Assembly: GCA_963801355.1 (NCBI GenBank)
Contig: CAWDEM010000008.1
Coordinates: forward strand, 1,824,001-1,888,000
DNA length: 64,000 bases
Source: Ignavibacteriota bacterium
GTDB lineage: Bacteria > Bacteroidota > Ignavibacteria > UBA10030 > UBA6906
Direction of reading: 5' to 3'
Shown: positions 1 to 9,320 of the stretch, piece after piece
Layout: each line of letters starts with the position of its first letter
Numbering within the stretch: position 1 is the stretch's first letter
Notes under the pieces: generated by a model
What the model saw: only the letters and a program-made list of their open reading frames with translations
What the model was told of the DNA's origin: nothing
Databases searched by the model: none
Translations under genes and position numbers: made by a program

Positions 1-2509
1 ACTCAAATGCACCCGGTGACAGCACAATGACAGCCTCCGCGGTCTTGCCGGCAGCTACTGCAACGCGCTGAAAACCGCGCAAGCTCTTTAGCGGCCCACC
101 CGGATCGGCCACTTTGCGCACATAGACCTGCACGATCTCCGTTCCGTCCTTTTGACCCTCATTTGCCACCGGAATGGTAAGTGCCACGCTATCCCCTATC
201 GCGATCTGCAGCTTGCTGAGTTTTGCCATCCCCACCTGGAATTTCGTAAAGCTCAGGCCAAACCCGAACGGAAAGAGCGGCTCTGCCATCAGGAACCGGT
301 AGGTGCGCCCCTTCATCGAATAATCTTCAAAGGCAGGTACTTGCTGAATGTTCTTGTAGAACGTGACCGGTAGTTTTCCGGACGGATTGTAATCGCCAAA
401 GAGAACATCGGCGATTGCCTGGCCGCCCGATTCCCCGGCATACCAGGTCTGAAGGATCGCCTCGCAGGTCTCCGTCTCCGGAACCAACCCAAGAGCTGAG
501 CCTGAACAGTTCACCAGCACAACTTTCTTACCGGCCTGCTTCAAGGCCTTTAGGCAATTCCGCTGAACCGCTGGCAGCTCCATGTCAGTGCGGTCCCCCC
601 CTTTGAAACCGGGGAATTCAACGGGCATCTCTTCGCCTTCAAGCCGTGCTGAAATCCCGCCGACAAATATCACAACGTCGACTCCCTGAAGCTTCTTCAG
701 AAGTTCTGAATAGTCCACATTCACCTCTTTACCGAAGTTGAATTCGATGTTGGCCTGCCAATCATTGAGCTGGGCAAACCGGATCTCAACTCGATATTTC
801 TTACCGGCTTGGACACGGAATGGGACCCGTGACGGAAGTGTTCTCCAATTTGCGTACCTCGTCAGAGACTTGTCGTTCACAAGCAGTTCGAACAGTCCTG
901 TCGCTCCACACTTAAAGACAAGTTCTTCATCCTGTGATGCGACAAATTCTGTCTCGTATTTCGCCGAAAAACCTTCGAGACGGACTCCGGACGCAAATTC
1001 GTGCTGCCCGGCAGTCGTGAGCTTGATCGGGTTCGTGATCTCTTGTGTAGCGATGACATCACCTTTGAATTCTCTGTTGTTCCAGTAGGTGGCTTTGAAA
1101 CCCTTCTTCCCATCAAAGAAACAGTTGGAGATGTAGCTCTCGGTGACTTTGTCCTCAACCAGGTCACACCCCTTGTCATACATGACATCCTTCTTCGCGA
1201 GTTTGGAGACCACCCCGTTGAGAACCGTTGTCGTTTTGATCGGAGTCCCGTTGTAATTTCCCCAGAGTACTGGCTCATCGTTCGCATTGGGACCTATGAC
1301 AGCGATCTTTCCGATCGATTTGCTCAGGGGAAGGATATTGCCCTTGTTTTGAAGGAGCGTCATTGATTCACGAGCCATGTCAAGAGCAAGTGCGCGATGC
1401 TTTTCGTTATTCACAATCGAAGGTGGGATTTTTGCCCAGGGAACAAGGGCATCGTCGTCCATATCACCGAGGTCAAAACGTCCGACCAGTACCCGCATCA
1501 GGTGCTTGTTTATTTCATCTTCGGTGATCAGTCCTTTTGCGATTGCCTCGGGCAATTTCTTGAAGGCATGCCCTTCCCACGCGCATTCCACATCGGTTCC
1601 GGCCAGCGCCCCTTTCGCTGCGGCATGGGTCGCATCAGACGAGACTTTGTGGCTTGTATAGAAATCAGTGATTGCCCCGCAATCGGAAACCACCAGATAT
1701 TTGAATCCCCAATCATTACGCAAAATGTCCTGCAGGAGCCGGGAATTTCCACAGCACGGCTCATCGTCCAGCCGCTGATACGCGCACATCACTTCGCGAA
1801 CGTCGGCTTCCTTCACCAACGTCTTGAACGCGGGTAGGTAGGTCTCCCAGAGGTCTCTCGGGTCCACACTGGGGAGGTTAACGGAATGACGGCTCCACTC
1901 AGGCCCCGAATGAACGGCATAGTGCTTGGCACAGGCAAGAAGCTTTCGATATCTGGCATCGGAGGGGCCCTGCAGCCCCTTAACGACTGAAACCCCCATG
2001 CGGGACATCAGGTACGGGTCTTCACCGTAGGTTTCCTGTCCACGCCCCCAGCGCGGATCCCGGAATATATTGACATTGGGGGCCCAGACCGAAAGACTCA
2101 AGAAGCGCCGGTTTTCCAGTCCTTTGTCTCTTGCTTCGTTGTACTTGGCGCGGGTTTCATCCGAGACGGCATCAAAAATGCGGTACACCAGAGCATCGTC
2201 AAATGACGCGGCCATGCCAATGGGTTCGGGAAAGACCGTCACGTTGTTGTTATTGGCGAGACCGTGCAGCGCTTCACTCCACCAGTTGAATTTCCTGATG
2301 CCCAGACGCGGAATAGCATCCGATACATCGCACATCAACGCTGCTTTTTCGTCCACAGTTAGTCGGGATATCAAATCTCTGGCTCGTTCTTCGGAGCTCA
2401 GATGGGGATTCTGATATGGCAGTTGCTGCCCTCGTGATCCCGTGGTGCAGAGAAGAATTGCTGCAGTACAAAGGATCTTCCTGAAGTTATTCCTCGCGAG
2501 TGGTCTCAT
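1..2509 (-). CDS. GH3 beta-xylosidase/beta-glucosidase with PA14 and Fn3-like domains (3' end runs off the window)
   Basis: Not in the ORF track because it is edge-truncated. Manual translation from ATG 2509 gives MRPLARNNFRKILCTAAILLCTTGSRGQQLPYQNPHLSSEERARDL..., followed by WWSEALHG, NVNIFRDPRWGRGQETYGEDP and KHYAVHSGPE. Close paralog of 52351-54942. Confidence 0.92.
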   Translation of the reverse strand, partial: MRPLARNNFRKILCTAAILLCTTGSRGQQLPYQNPHLSSEERARDLISRLTVDEKAALMCDVSDAIPRLGIRKFNWWSEALHGLANNNNVTVFPEPIGMAASFDDALVYRIFDAVSDETRAKYNEARDKGLENRRFLSLSVWAPNVNIFRDPRWGRGQETYGEDPYLMSRMGVSVVKGLQGPSDARYRKLLACAKHYAVHSGPEWSRHSVNLPSVDPRDLWETYLPAFKTLVKEADVREVMCAYQRLDDEPCCGNSRLLQDILRNDWGFKYLVVSDCGAITDFYTSHKVSSDATHAAAKGALAGTDVECAWEGHAFKKLPEAIAKGLITEDEINKHLMRVLVGRFDLGDMDDDALVPWAKIPPSIVNNEKHRALALDMARESMTLLQNKGNILPLSKSIGKIAVIGPNANDEPVLWGNYNGTPIKTTTVLNGVVSKLAKKDVMYDKGCDLVEDKVTESYISNCFFDGKKGFKATYWNNREFKGDVIATQEITNPIKLTTAGQHEFASGVRLEGFSAKYETEFVASQDEELVFKCGATGLFELLVNDKSLTRYANWRTLPSRVPFRVQAGKKYRVEIRFAQLNDWQANIEFNFGKEVNVDYSELLKKLQGVDVVIFVGGISARLEGEEMPVEFPGFKGGDRTDMELPAVQRNCLKALKQAGKKVVLVNCSGSALGLVPETETCEAILQTWYAGESGGQAIADVLFGDYNPSGKLPVTFYKNIQQVPAFEDYSMKGRTYRFLMAEPLFPFGFGLSFTKFQVGMAKLSKLQIAIGDSVALTIPVANEGQKDGTEIVQVYVRKVADPGGPLKSLRGFQRVAVAAGKTAEAVIVLSPGAFE

Positions 2510-2761
2510 TTTTCATCCTGCAGTTGCACTGTGATTTTCTTTCCATGATAGATCACTGCCTTATCGTACTTCGTAGCGCCACGCATTTCAATCCCTTGCC
2601 CCGGGCAACCTGCACGATGTTGAACGTGCGCTCCGCGAGCATGCCGGGGAAGGAGCCCTTCCGGTCGCCTACGGTTAGTGTCTTTCTCGCGTTATCCAAC
2701 GTGAACGTTATCGTCCGATGCCTTTCATATCGTACTGGCGTCCTGGAAGAGCAACCATGGA
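2506..2761 (-). pseudogene. Mosaic remnant: 48 bp of a paralog of the 49655-52321 gene joined to a frameshifted GH31 C-terminal (DUF5110-like) fragment
   Basis: 2761-2714 encodes SMVALPGRQYDMKGIG (45/48 nt identical to 50267-50314). It continues as TITFTLDNARKTLTVGDRKGSFPGMLAERTFNIV, then after a frameshift KYDKAVIYHGKKITVQLQDEK*, matching the C-terminus of GH31 47079-49499. Confidence 0.85.
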
Positions 2762-2771
2762 ATGGGCATTT

Positions 2772-4586
2772 TTATTGGGGATTATGTATCCTCAGGAGCG
2801 CGGTGCCATGGTTCCTCACTCTCACGGATATTTCACTCCCCACCAGTCCCAGGTTCTTCTTCCCCCACAGGTCGCGGACAGTCCAGGTGCTTTTCACACC
2901 GAGCTGTTCTGGCTTCAGCGATATTGTGGCTGAATTCTCCGGCGCAGAGCCGGTGGGATATTCGGTAAATACGTGGAATCTGACCGTTGCGCCTTCGGTG
3001 TGGCTCACGCATTCCTTGTCGAGTCCTACGATCGAGGAAAATATGTCGTACCCCTCCGGGACGTCATACTCGATGATGGAAGTTGCATGCGTGCCGATCC
3101 CCTCCGCGTATTCTCTATCATTAACAATCAACGGGTTACCCTGGACACTCTGGTTCGCTTTTGCAATGCTCCATCCCGATGTCGCGGAGACCCATTTCGT
3201 GCCGGCAAGGCGCAGCGTACCTCTTTCCCCGGTGAGCCTCGGCTCAATCCAGTCGGCGTGATCCCATTCTTTGTTGTCTTCGCCGGGTGTGACGACCAGG
3301 TACAGTTTTTGCGCTCCGCCGATGCTCACCCGGACTGTGTCACTCTGTTCTCCGTTCCTGTACGTGAGAAGCCTGCTGTTCCACCGTGCCTTCTCCACAG
3401 CAATCGGTTTTCGGTCGACATAAAAAGCGGCCACGTACTTGTCGCTGGACTCCGCGTCATCGGCGATCCATGCCAGCCGCTCTCCGTCATCAAAGAGCAA
3501 TCTGTTGTTCCTGCTTCGCTGGAGGACCGCAAGCACTTCCCTGTTCGTGATCAAATCCAACGTAAACTGATCATTGTCGGGAAGATTTCCGCCGAACATC
3601 AGCGGCGACCGGCATATGACAAAGAGAGACATCAGCGTTGTCTGCTCATCTCTCGTGAAGTCGGCCATTCGCGGGTCCCCCTGTTCCGCGCGTATTCCAA
3701 TCTTCCCCAGGGGGAGCATATCACCGTCGGGCCAGTGGCCCGGACGCAAGGACGGAACCCATTTCTCGAAAAGCGAAAAATGCTCTTCCAGTTGCGTCCA
3801 ATTATCCCAGAAGTCCCCAATGATGCGCCACATGTTGGCGTGGGTGCTGACATGGACGGCCTCCTCCAGCGGCGTTGGACCCGGCGACAAGCTCAGGACA
3901 ATCGGTCGTCCGCACAGATCGATCGCTTTGCGTATCATCGCGATTTCGTCGCCATGATATGGCGCGGAGATATCGTCCACTTTCACAAAGTCAACCCCCC
4001 ATGCCGCATACAACTTGAACAGGGAATTGTAGTACTCCTGTGCGCCGGCCTTGCTCGCATCCACCGTGTACATATCTCGAAGCCAGGGGGATGCGTTCAT
4101 TGTGCTATAGATATCTCCGGCAGTCAGTTTGGTCCCGAGAACGGGAGCGTGTCGTTCCACCGCCAGCCTGGCCACGCCGCGCATGATATGGATGCCGAAC
4201 TTCAGTCCCAGGCCATGGACATAATCCGAAAGCGGCCTGAATCCTTTTCCTCCCGCGGATGAAGGAAATCGGTTGACGGCCGGAATGAGCCTGCCATATT
4301 CGTCGATATTCATGACAGGATCCTTCTCGTTATAGCCATGCGCCTTGTCATTTTCCACATACCAGCGTATGTCAACCACGATGTACTGCCATCCGAACGC
4401 TTTCAGATGCGCTGCCATATATTCCGCATTTGCCCTGACCTCCTGTTCAGTAACGGTAGAACCGTAACAGTCCCAACTGTTCCATCCCATCGGGGGCGTC
4501 GGCGCCCAACGTCCGAAGTCCTGGGCATGAAGACCTGGAGAACAGATAGACAGCAGTGCACAAAGAAGGAGCCTGTTCACGGTCAT
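2772..4586 (-). CDS. GH27 alpha-galactosidase/beta-L-arabinopyranosidase with NPCBM/NEW2 domain
   Basis: Signal peptide, TPPMGWNSWD, WGVDFVKVDD, ANMWRIIGDFWD, WPDGDMLPLG. NPCBM-like GIGTHATS...VGLD region. Confidence 0.92.
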   Translation of the reverse strand: MTVNRLLLCALLSICSPGLHAQDFGRWAPTPPMGWNSWDCYGSTVTEQEVRANAEYMAAHLKAFGWQYIVVDIRWYVENDKAHGYNEKDPVMNIDEYGRLIPAVNRFPSSAGGKGFRPLSDYVHGLGLKFGIHIMRGVARLAVERHAPVLGTKLTAGDIYSTMNASPWLRDMYTVDASKAGAQEYYNSLFKLYAAWGVDFVKVDDISAPYHGDEIAMIRKAIDLCGRPIVLSLSPGPTPLEEAVHVSTHANMWRIIGDFWDNWTQLEEHFSLFEKWVPSLRPGHWPDGDMLPLGKIGIRAEQGDPRMADFTRDEQTTLMSLFVICRSPLMFGGNLPDNDQFTLDLITNREVLAVLQRSRNNRLLFDDGERLAWIADDAESSDKYVAAFYVDRKPIAVEKARWNSRLLTYRNGEQSDTVRVSIGGAQKLYLVVTPGEDNKEWDHADWIEPRLTGERGTLRLAGTKWVSATSGWSIAKANQSVQGNPLIVNDREYAEGIGTHATSIIEYDVPEGYDIFSSIVGLDKECVSHTEGATVRFHVFTEYPTGSAPENSATISLKPEQLGVKSTWTVRDLWGKKNLGLVGSEISVRVRNHGTALLRIHNPQ

Positions 4587-4588
4587 CC

Positions 4589-6154
4589 TCAGTTCACTTC
4601 TAGCGTTACAATGGATTTGGCAGGAAGCGACACAGTGAGAGTCCCATTCTTCATCTGCGCACCTTTGAACGGTTTGATGCTCACTTCTTCCGGCTTGCCA
4701 AAATCATTGTAGGCGTTGATCGTCGCCGCAGTGATGATCTCGCCGGACGCTTTCGAGGCAACCGTTCCCTTCAATTCGCATCTCAGGTCCTGTGCCATGG
4801 TCGGGTGGAGGTTCGCAAGCGAGATATGGATCTTGCCCGCCTTATCCTGCGATGCCGATGCGCTCAGGGCCGGTACAGAGTCCTTACCGTTGGCATACGA
4901 TGCGCACTGCAGATCAACAGGTAACAGCGTGGCATCCTGATGCACGGAGTACATCTTGAAGACATAGTACGTCGGGGTGAGCACGATTTCCTTGTCCTTC
5001 GTTAGTATCATCGACTGGAGCACATTCACCATCTGAGCGATGTTGGCCATCTTTACCCGGTCGCAATGCTTGTGAAAGATGTTCAGGTTGACGGCCGCCA
5101 CCATGGCATCGCGCAGGCTGTTTTGCTGATAGAGAAAGCCGGGATTCGTCCCCGGCTCAACGTCGAACCAGTCCCCCCACTCATCCACGATCAGGCCGAT
5201 CCTCTTTTCCGGATCATATTTATCCATGATCGCCGAATGTCTGGTCACCAGTTCGTCCATCTTCAGAGTGGCGGTAAGAGTGGCGAACCAATCCTTGTCC
5301 GTAAAATTCGTTGCGGATCCTTTCTTGTTCCAGTCCGGCACCGTATAATAGTGCAGGGAGTATCCCCCCAGATATCCCTGAAGCCATCCATCCGCGCTCT
5401 TCCATTTTTTCATGATGGTGTCGGTCCAGCCGTAGTCCTCCTGAAGCCCGCCGGAGGCGATCTTGTAGAGCGTATTGCCTCCGAAGTTCTTGAGAAACCA
5501 GGAGTAGCGGGCCAGCTCATTGGCATAGAAATCCGCCGTCATGATCCCGCCGCATCCCCATACCTCGTTTCCCACTCCCCAGAACTTGACCTTCCAGGGC
5601 TTCTCCCGGCCATTCTTCTTACGGAGTTCATTCATGGGAGTATTGCCGTCGGATGTGAGATACTGCACCCAGTCGGACATCTCCTTCACGGTGCCGCTTC
5701 CGATGTTTCCGCAAATGACCGGCTCGCATCCCAGCTGTTCGCACAGGTCCATGAACTCGTGCGTGCCAAAGCTGTTGTCTTCCGTCACTCCTCCCCAATT
5801 CGTGTTCACCATCTTTGGTCGCTCGCTCCTTGGGCCAATACCATCCCGCCAATGATATTCGTCCGCGAAGCAGCCACCAGGCCACCGCACTGCGGCCACC
5901 TTGATGTTTTTGAGGGCAGCAACGACGTCGTTGCGGATACCACGGGTGTTGGGAATGGAGCTGTTCTCTCCCACCCAAACACCTCCATAGATGCCGTGCC
6001 CAAGGTGTTCCGCAAATTGCCCGTAGATAAATCTGCTGATGGTGTCTTTCGTGGCATCGGCATGCACCACGAGCGTGTTCACGGCTGATTGTGCAGACAG
6101 AGCAACCGGAATGCACAGCAGCGTGACGATGAACAGATAGTGTTTTCTGGTCAT
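4589..6154 (-). CDS. GH51 alpha-L-arabinofuranosidase
   Basis: IYGQFAEHLG, RWPGGCFADEY, WGVGNEVWGCGG, LIVDEWG, MANIAQMVNVLQ. Signal peptide. Start placed at ATG 6154 after GGAG. Confidence 0.95.
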   Translation of the reverse strand: MTRKHYLFIVTLLCIPVALSAQSAVNTLVVHADATKDTISRFIYGQFAEHLGHGIYGGVWVGENSSIPNTRGIRNDVVAALKNIKVAAVRWPGGCFADEYHWRDGIGPRSERPKMVNTNWGGVTEDNSFGTHEFMDLCEQLGCEPVICGNIGSGTVKEMSDWVQYLTSDGNTPMNELRKKNGREKPWKVKFWGVGNEVWGCGGIMTADFYANELARYSWFLKNFGGNTLYKIASGGLQEDYGWTDTIMKKWKSADGWLQGYLGGYSLHYYTVPDWNKKGSATNFTDKDWFATLTATLKMDELVTRHSAIMDKYDPEKRIGLIVDEWGDWFDVEPGTNPGFLYQQNSLRDAMVAAVNLNIFHKHCDRVKMANIAQMVNVLQSMILTKDKEIVLTPTYYVFKMYSVHQDATLLPVDLQCASYANGKDSVPALSASASQDKAGKIHISLANLHPTMAQDLRCELKGTVASKASGEIITAATINAYNDFGKPEEVSIKPFKGAQMKNGTLTVSLPAKSIVTLEVN

Positions 6155-6314
6155 AGGTATCACTCCTGAGAAGAGTAATTGACAACTAGATAGTCACGGT
6201 TATGGATCTACAATTTCTGCCACTGGCAATGTTTTTATTCAGGGCTGTTGGCCAGGACCTATCATCCCCCAAGGAGAGATCCCGACCAACAGCGTGTCGG
6301 GATGACAATAAGCG

Positions 6315-7829
6315 TCACTTTTGATACAGCAGCTTTATCGTTTGCGAGAAACCCCTCGCCGTCATCCGGCACAGGTAGACGCCGCTGGCCAGTCCTTCTG
6401 CGCTCCACTGCAGCCGGTGCTCGCCCGGGGGAACCTCGCCCTCGACCAGAGTCTCGATCGCCCGGCCTGTGATGTCATATATCGTCACCGTCACTTGCTC
6501 GTTTCGCGGTGAATAGAACACGATCATGGTTGATGGATTGAACGGGTTCGGGAAATTCGCGCATAACTGTAACTCCGACGGCTGTGTTGCCGTGAGATTT
6601 TCCTTCACCGCTGTCACCAGGCCCGCTCCATCGCCGACCAGCTGAATCTCACTGAGTTGATTCGTGCCGGCGCCCTTTCCATTGAGAAGGTAAAGGTGGT
6701 TGTCGGTTATCGACGATGTCACGCCGCCGTTTGTCAGGGGCGCAGGAAGGGGTAGCGACGCTGCCGCGGGATCCAGTCCCATGATCTTGGCGCCGATGCT
6801 GTCTGTGGCAACGGGATCGAGTCCTGCAAACAGTGCGTGCATGGTACGTGATTGATAATTTGTGCACCAGACCCCCTCCCCACCCGTCGAGTTCTTGATT
6901 CCGTCAATAACAGACAGGTGGACCGGGCGGGCAGCGTTCAGATCACAAACACTCTCGGGGAGGTAGTTCCACTCCGCCGCAGTGTTTGTCGGATGGTGAA
7001 TCGCTCCTCTGCGGCCGCTGTCGCTTGTGATCGTATACAACGACATTGGGACTATCCCGACCTGATTCTTGAGCGCCCCCGTGTAGCCGGCCGCGGAATG
7101 GTGCTTCAACTTCGGAATCGAGACATAGACATCCACTGCCTGCAGCACCTTATTTGTCGTGAACGAGGGGAAGTTGAAGTGGCTGCTCCCGGTGGACACC
7201 GTTTCGATGTTTGCGGCTGTGGTGTCGTTGAGGTCGACCACGTTGCAGCCCAATGCCTGCTGCACTGCCCGGTAGCCGAATTTGTCGTTGGAGCCGAACG
7301 GGGCTGTTGATCCAGGGTTCTTCCACGTCGCATCCCAGAGGGCCTCTACGATGTAGAGATCGGCGGGACTGACGCCGGCATCAATGATGTACTGACCGAC
7401 GGCCTGGAGGACCGCCGGGTGCGTCCACATCGCCTCGGTAATGGTGTAGCCGGCGAGCCTTGGATTGGATGCACTGCCCGAACCGCCCGTCAGATTGATC
7501 TTGATCGCGACCTTCTTGCCCGGGCCGAAAAGGGCAGAAACCGAACCGGATTGACTCTGATCAAGCAAATCAAGGAGGTATTTCACTCTCTGTTTGACCC
7601 CGCCGCCGACGTCGTCATACACGTAGGTGTCCGCCGGGGTCCCCGTTGTGTTCGTAATTGCCACGGTCGCAAGGAAAGAAGAGGCCTCCTTATGGTTATA
7701 CGCGACAAGTCCGGATGGCTTCAAGTATGGAGCAACAACTGCCCCTGCGGCCACAATACCGACTTTCTTAATGAAATTCCTTCGTGACGTATTCATGTCA
7801 TGACCGTCCTTACCGTCTCTGTTTCGCAT
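6315..7829 (-). CDS. DUF362 domain protein with twin-arginine signal and T9SS-type C-terminal sorting domain
   Basis: SRRNFIK Tat motif, KVAIKINL, THPAV, IPKLKHH...TGALKN, DPVATD (DUF362-like). Tail NFPNPFNPST...LASGVYLCRM. Start at ATG 7829 after GGAGA (7796 is an alternative). Confidence 0.8.
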   Translation of the reverse strand: MRNRDGKDGHDMNTSRRNFIKKVGIVAAGAVVAPYLKPSGLVAYNHKEASSFLATVAITNTTGTPADTYVYDDVGGGVKQRVKYLLDLLDQSQSGSVSALFGPGKKVAIKINLTGGSGSASNPRLAGYTITEAMWTHPAVLQAVGQYIIDAGVSPADLYIVEALWDATWKNPGSTAPFGSNDKFGYRAVQQALGCNVVDLNDTTAANIETVSTGSSHFNFPSFTTNKVLQAVDVYVSIPKLKHHSAAGYTGALKNQVGIVPMSLYTITSDSGRRGAIHHPTNTAAEWNYLPESVCDLNAARPVHLSVIDGIKNSTGGEGVWCTNYQSRTMHALFAGLDPVATDSIGAKIMGLDPAAASLPLPAPLTNGGVTSSITDNHLYLLNGKGAGTNQLSEIQLVGDGAGLVTAVKENLTATQPSELQLCANFPNPFNPSTMIVFYSPRNEQVTVTIYDITGRAIETLVEGEVPPGEHRLQWSAEGLASGVYLCRMTARGFSQTIKLLYQK

Positions 7830-7959
7830 TTGGTAATCTCCTTGTTTATAGAACCTGTTTTCTTCAACGGATGTCTTACGATGAGCTGCCAAAAAGTGCA
7901 ATCCCATTGATTAGATTGATGATTCGCTGTTCCATGAGTCCTCCATACAAAGGACCTGG

Positions 7960-9303
7960 CTATTTAAATCTCACCCAGTCTATCTCGACACTGGCATCTT
8001 CTTTCAAAAGGACAACCAGGTTTCTGGTCCCCGGTTGACACGCGGATAGCGGTGTAGAGATGGTCTTCCAATTGGAGGAAGGAGAAATCTGAATTTCCGC
8101 CATCATAGGACCATTCACATCGTCCAGCCGCAGCTGAACCTTTGCTCCTGTTTTCGAGGCTGCTCGAACTTCCGCCGTGGAGTATTTACCACCTCCGAAG
8201 TCAACGCCGTTGTATTGGATCCACGCAGTGCCGGCATCGAGTCTGACTTTCCAACCTTCAAACCTGTTGAGTGTGTCAAGGAAGTCTACGGACACTCCTT
8301 TGTCACTTTTGGAACCGTACCGGTCGATCTGAATATTGCTTGAAGCGTCTGTTACTCCAACGCCGCGTAATGTGGGGACTACCTTTCTGATTGTACCATC
8401 GTCATTGAAGAACAGCGAATCGATCCTGACCGAGCGGTTCTTGTCAAAGCTCGGGGAGAGGTCATTGTGATGGTAGAACAAATACCATTGTCCCTTGAAC
8501 TCGATGATCGACTGTTGGTTCGTCCAGCATTCAAGGGATTGATCCATAATTACTCCCGTCACCGTGAATGGGCCCATCGGGTTATCGCTCATTGCATATT
8601 CGAGTCTTTCGGTCGAATCCTGCACATGTGGATAGGTCAGGTAATATTTGCCATTTCGCTCGAACATATATGGGCCTTCCTTCAAACCTCTTTCGGGCAG
8701 ACCTTCGATGACCTGCGGCTTGCCGGCAAACTCCAGCATGTTCTCTCTCAATTTTGCCACGTAGATGTTCCTGGCTGCCCAGTACAGGTATGCCTGTCCG
8801 TCTTTGTCGATATACGGATTCGGATCGATTCCTCGAGCATTCTTGATTGGTGCCGGCTCCGGAGTAAATGGACCGTCCGGTTTATCTGCAATGGCTACTC
8901 CAATGGAGAAACCTCTTCCGAGCGTCGTATCCCTGGCTGGAGCCGGAAAATAGAAATAGTACTTGCCGTCCCTGGAAATGCAGTCCGGAGCCCATAGCGC
9001 GTATGCCCGAGGATTGACCCAGGGAATCTTGTCCTGGCTTACGATGACTCCATGGTCTGTCCAGTCTACAAGATTCTCGGAAGAGAACACATGATAGTCC
9101 CCCATGCAAAACCAGCCGACCCGGCCACGCCCCTCCGATGCGAGAATATCATGCGAAGGATAGAGGTACACTCTCTCCTCGAACACTCTTGCAGCGGGAT
9201 CTGCCGTAAACTGATCTTTGATGACCGGGTTCTGAGCCATCGTACCTGCAGTACAAGCCGCTACAACGACCATCAGCAGGGGGTAGGATCCGTAGTTCTT
9301 CAT
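7960..9303 (-). CDS. GH43 xylosidase/arabinofuranosidase with C-terminal CBM6
   Basis: TADPAARVF, LWAPDC, IDPNPYIDKDG, LKEGPY, and a C-terminal YNGVDFG...IDWVRF CBM6-like domain. Confidence 0.92.
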   Translation of the reverse strand: MKNYGSYPLLMVVVAACTAGTMAQNPVIKDQFTADPAARVFEERVYLYPSHDILASEGRGRVGWFCMGDYHVFSSENLVDWTDHGVIVSQDKIPWVNPRAYALWAPDCISRDGKYYFYFPAPARDTTLGRGFSIGVAIADKPDGPFTPEPAPIKNARGIDPNPYIDKDGQAYLYWAARNIYVAKLRENMLEFAGKPQVIEGLPERGLKEGPYMFERNGKYYLTYPHVQDSTERLEYAMSDNPMGPFTVTGVIMDQSLECWTNQQSIIEFKGQWYLFYHHNDLSPSFDKNRSVRIDSLFFNDDGTIRKVVPTLRGVGVTDASSNIQIDRYGSKSDKGVSVDFLDTLNRFEGWKVRLDAGTAWIQYNGVDFGGGKYSTAEVRAASKTGAKVQLRLDDVNGPMMAEIQISPSSNWKTISTPLSACQPGTRNLVVLLKEDASVEIDWVRFK

Positions 9304-9320
9304 GTCGTTCTTCTTTCCAG

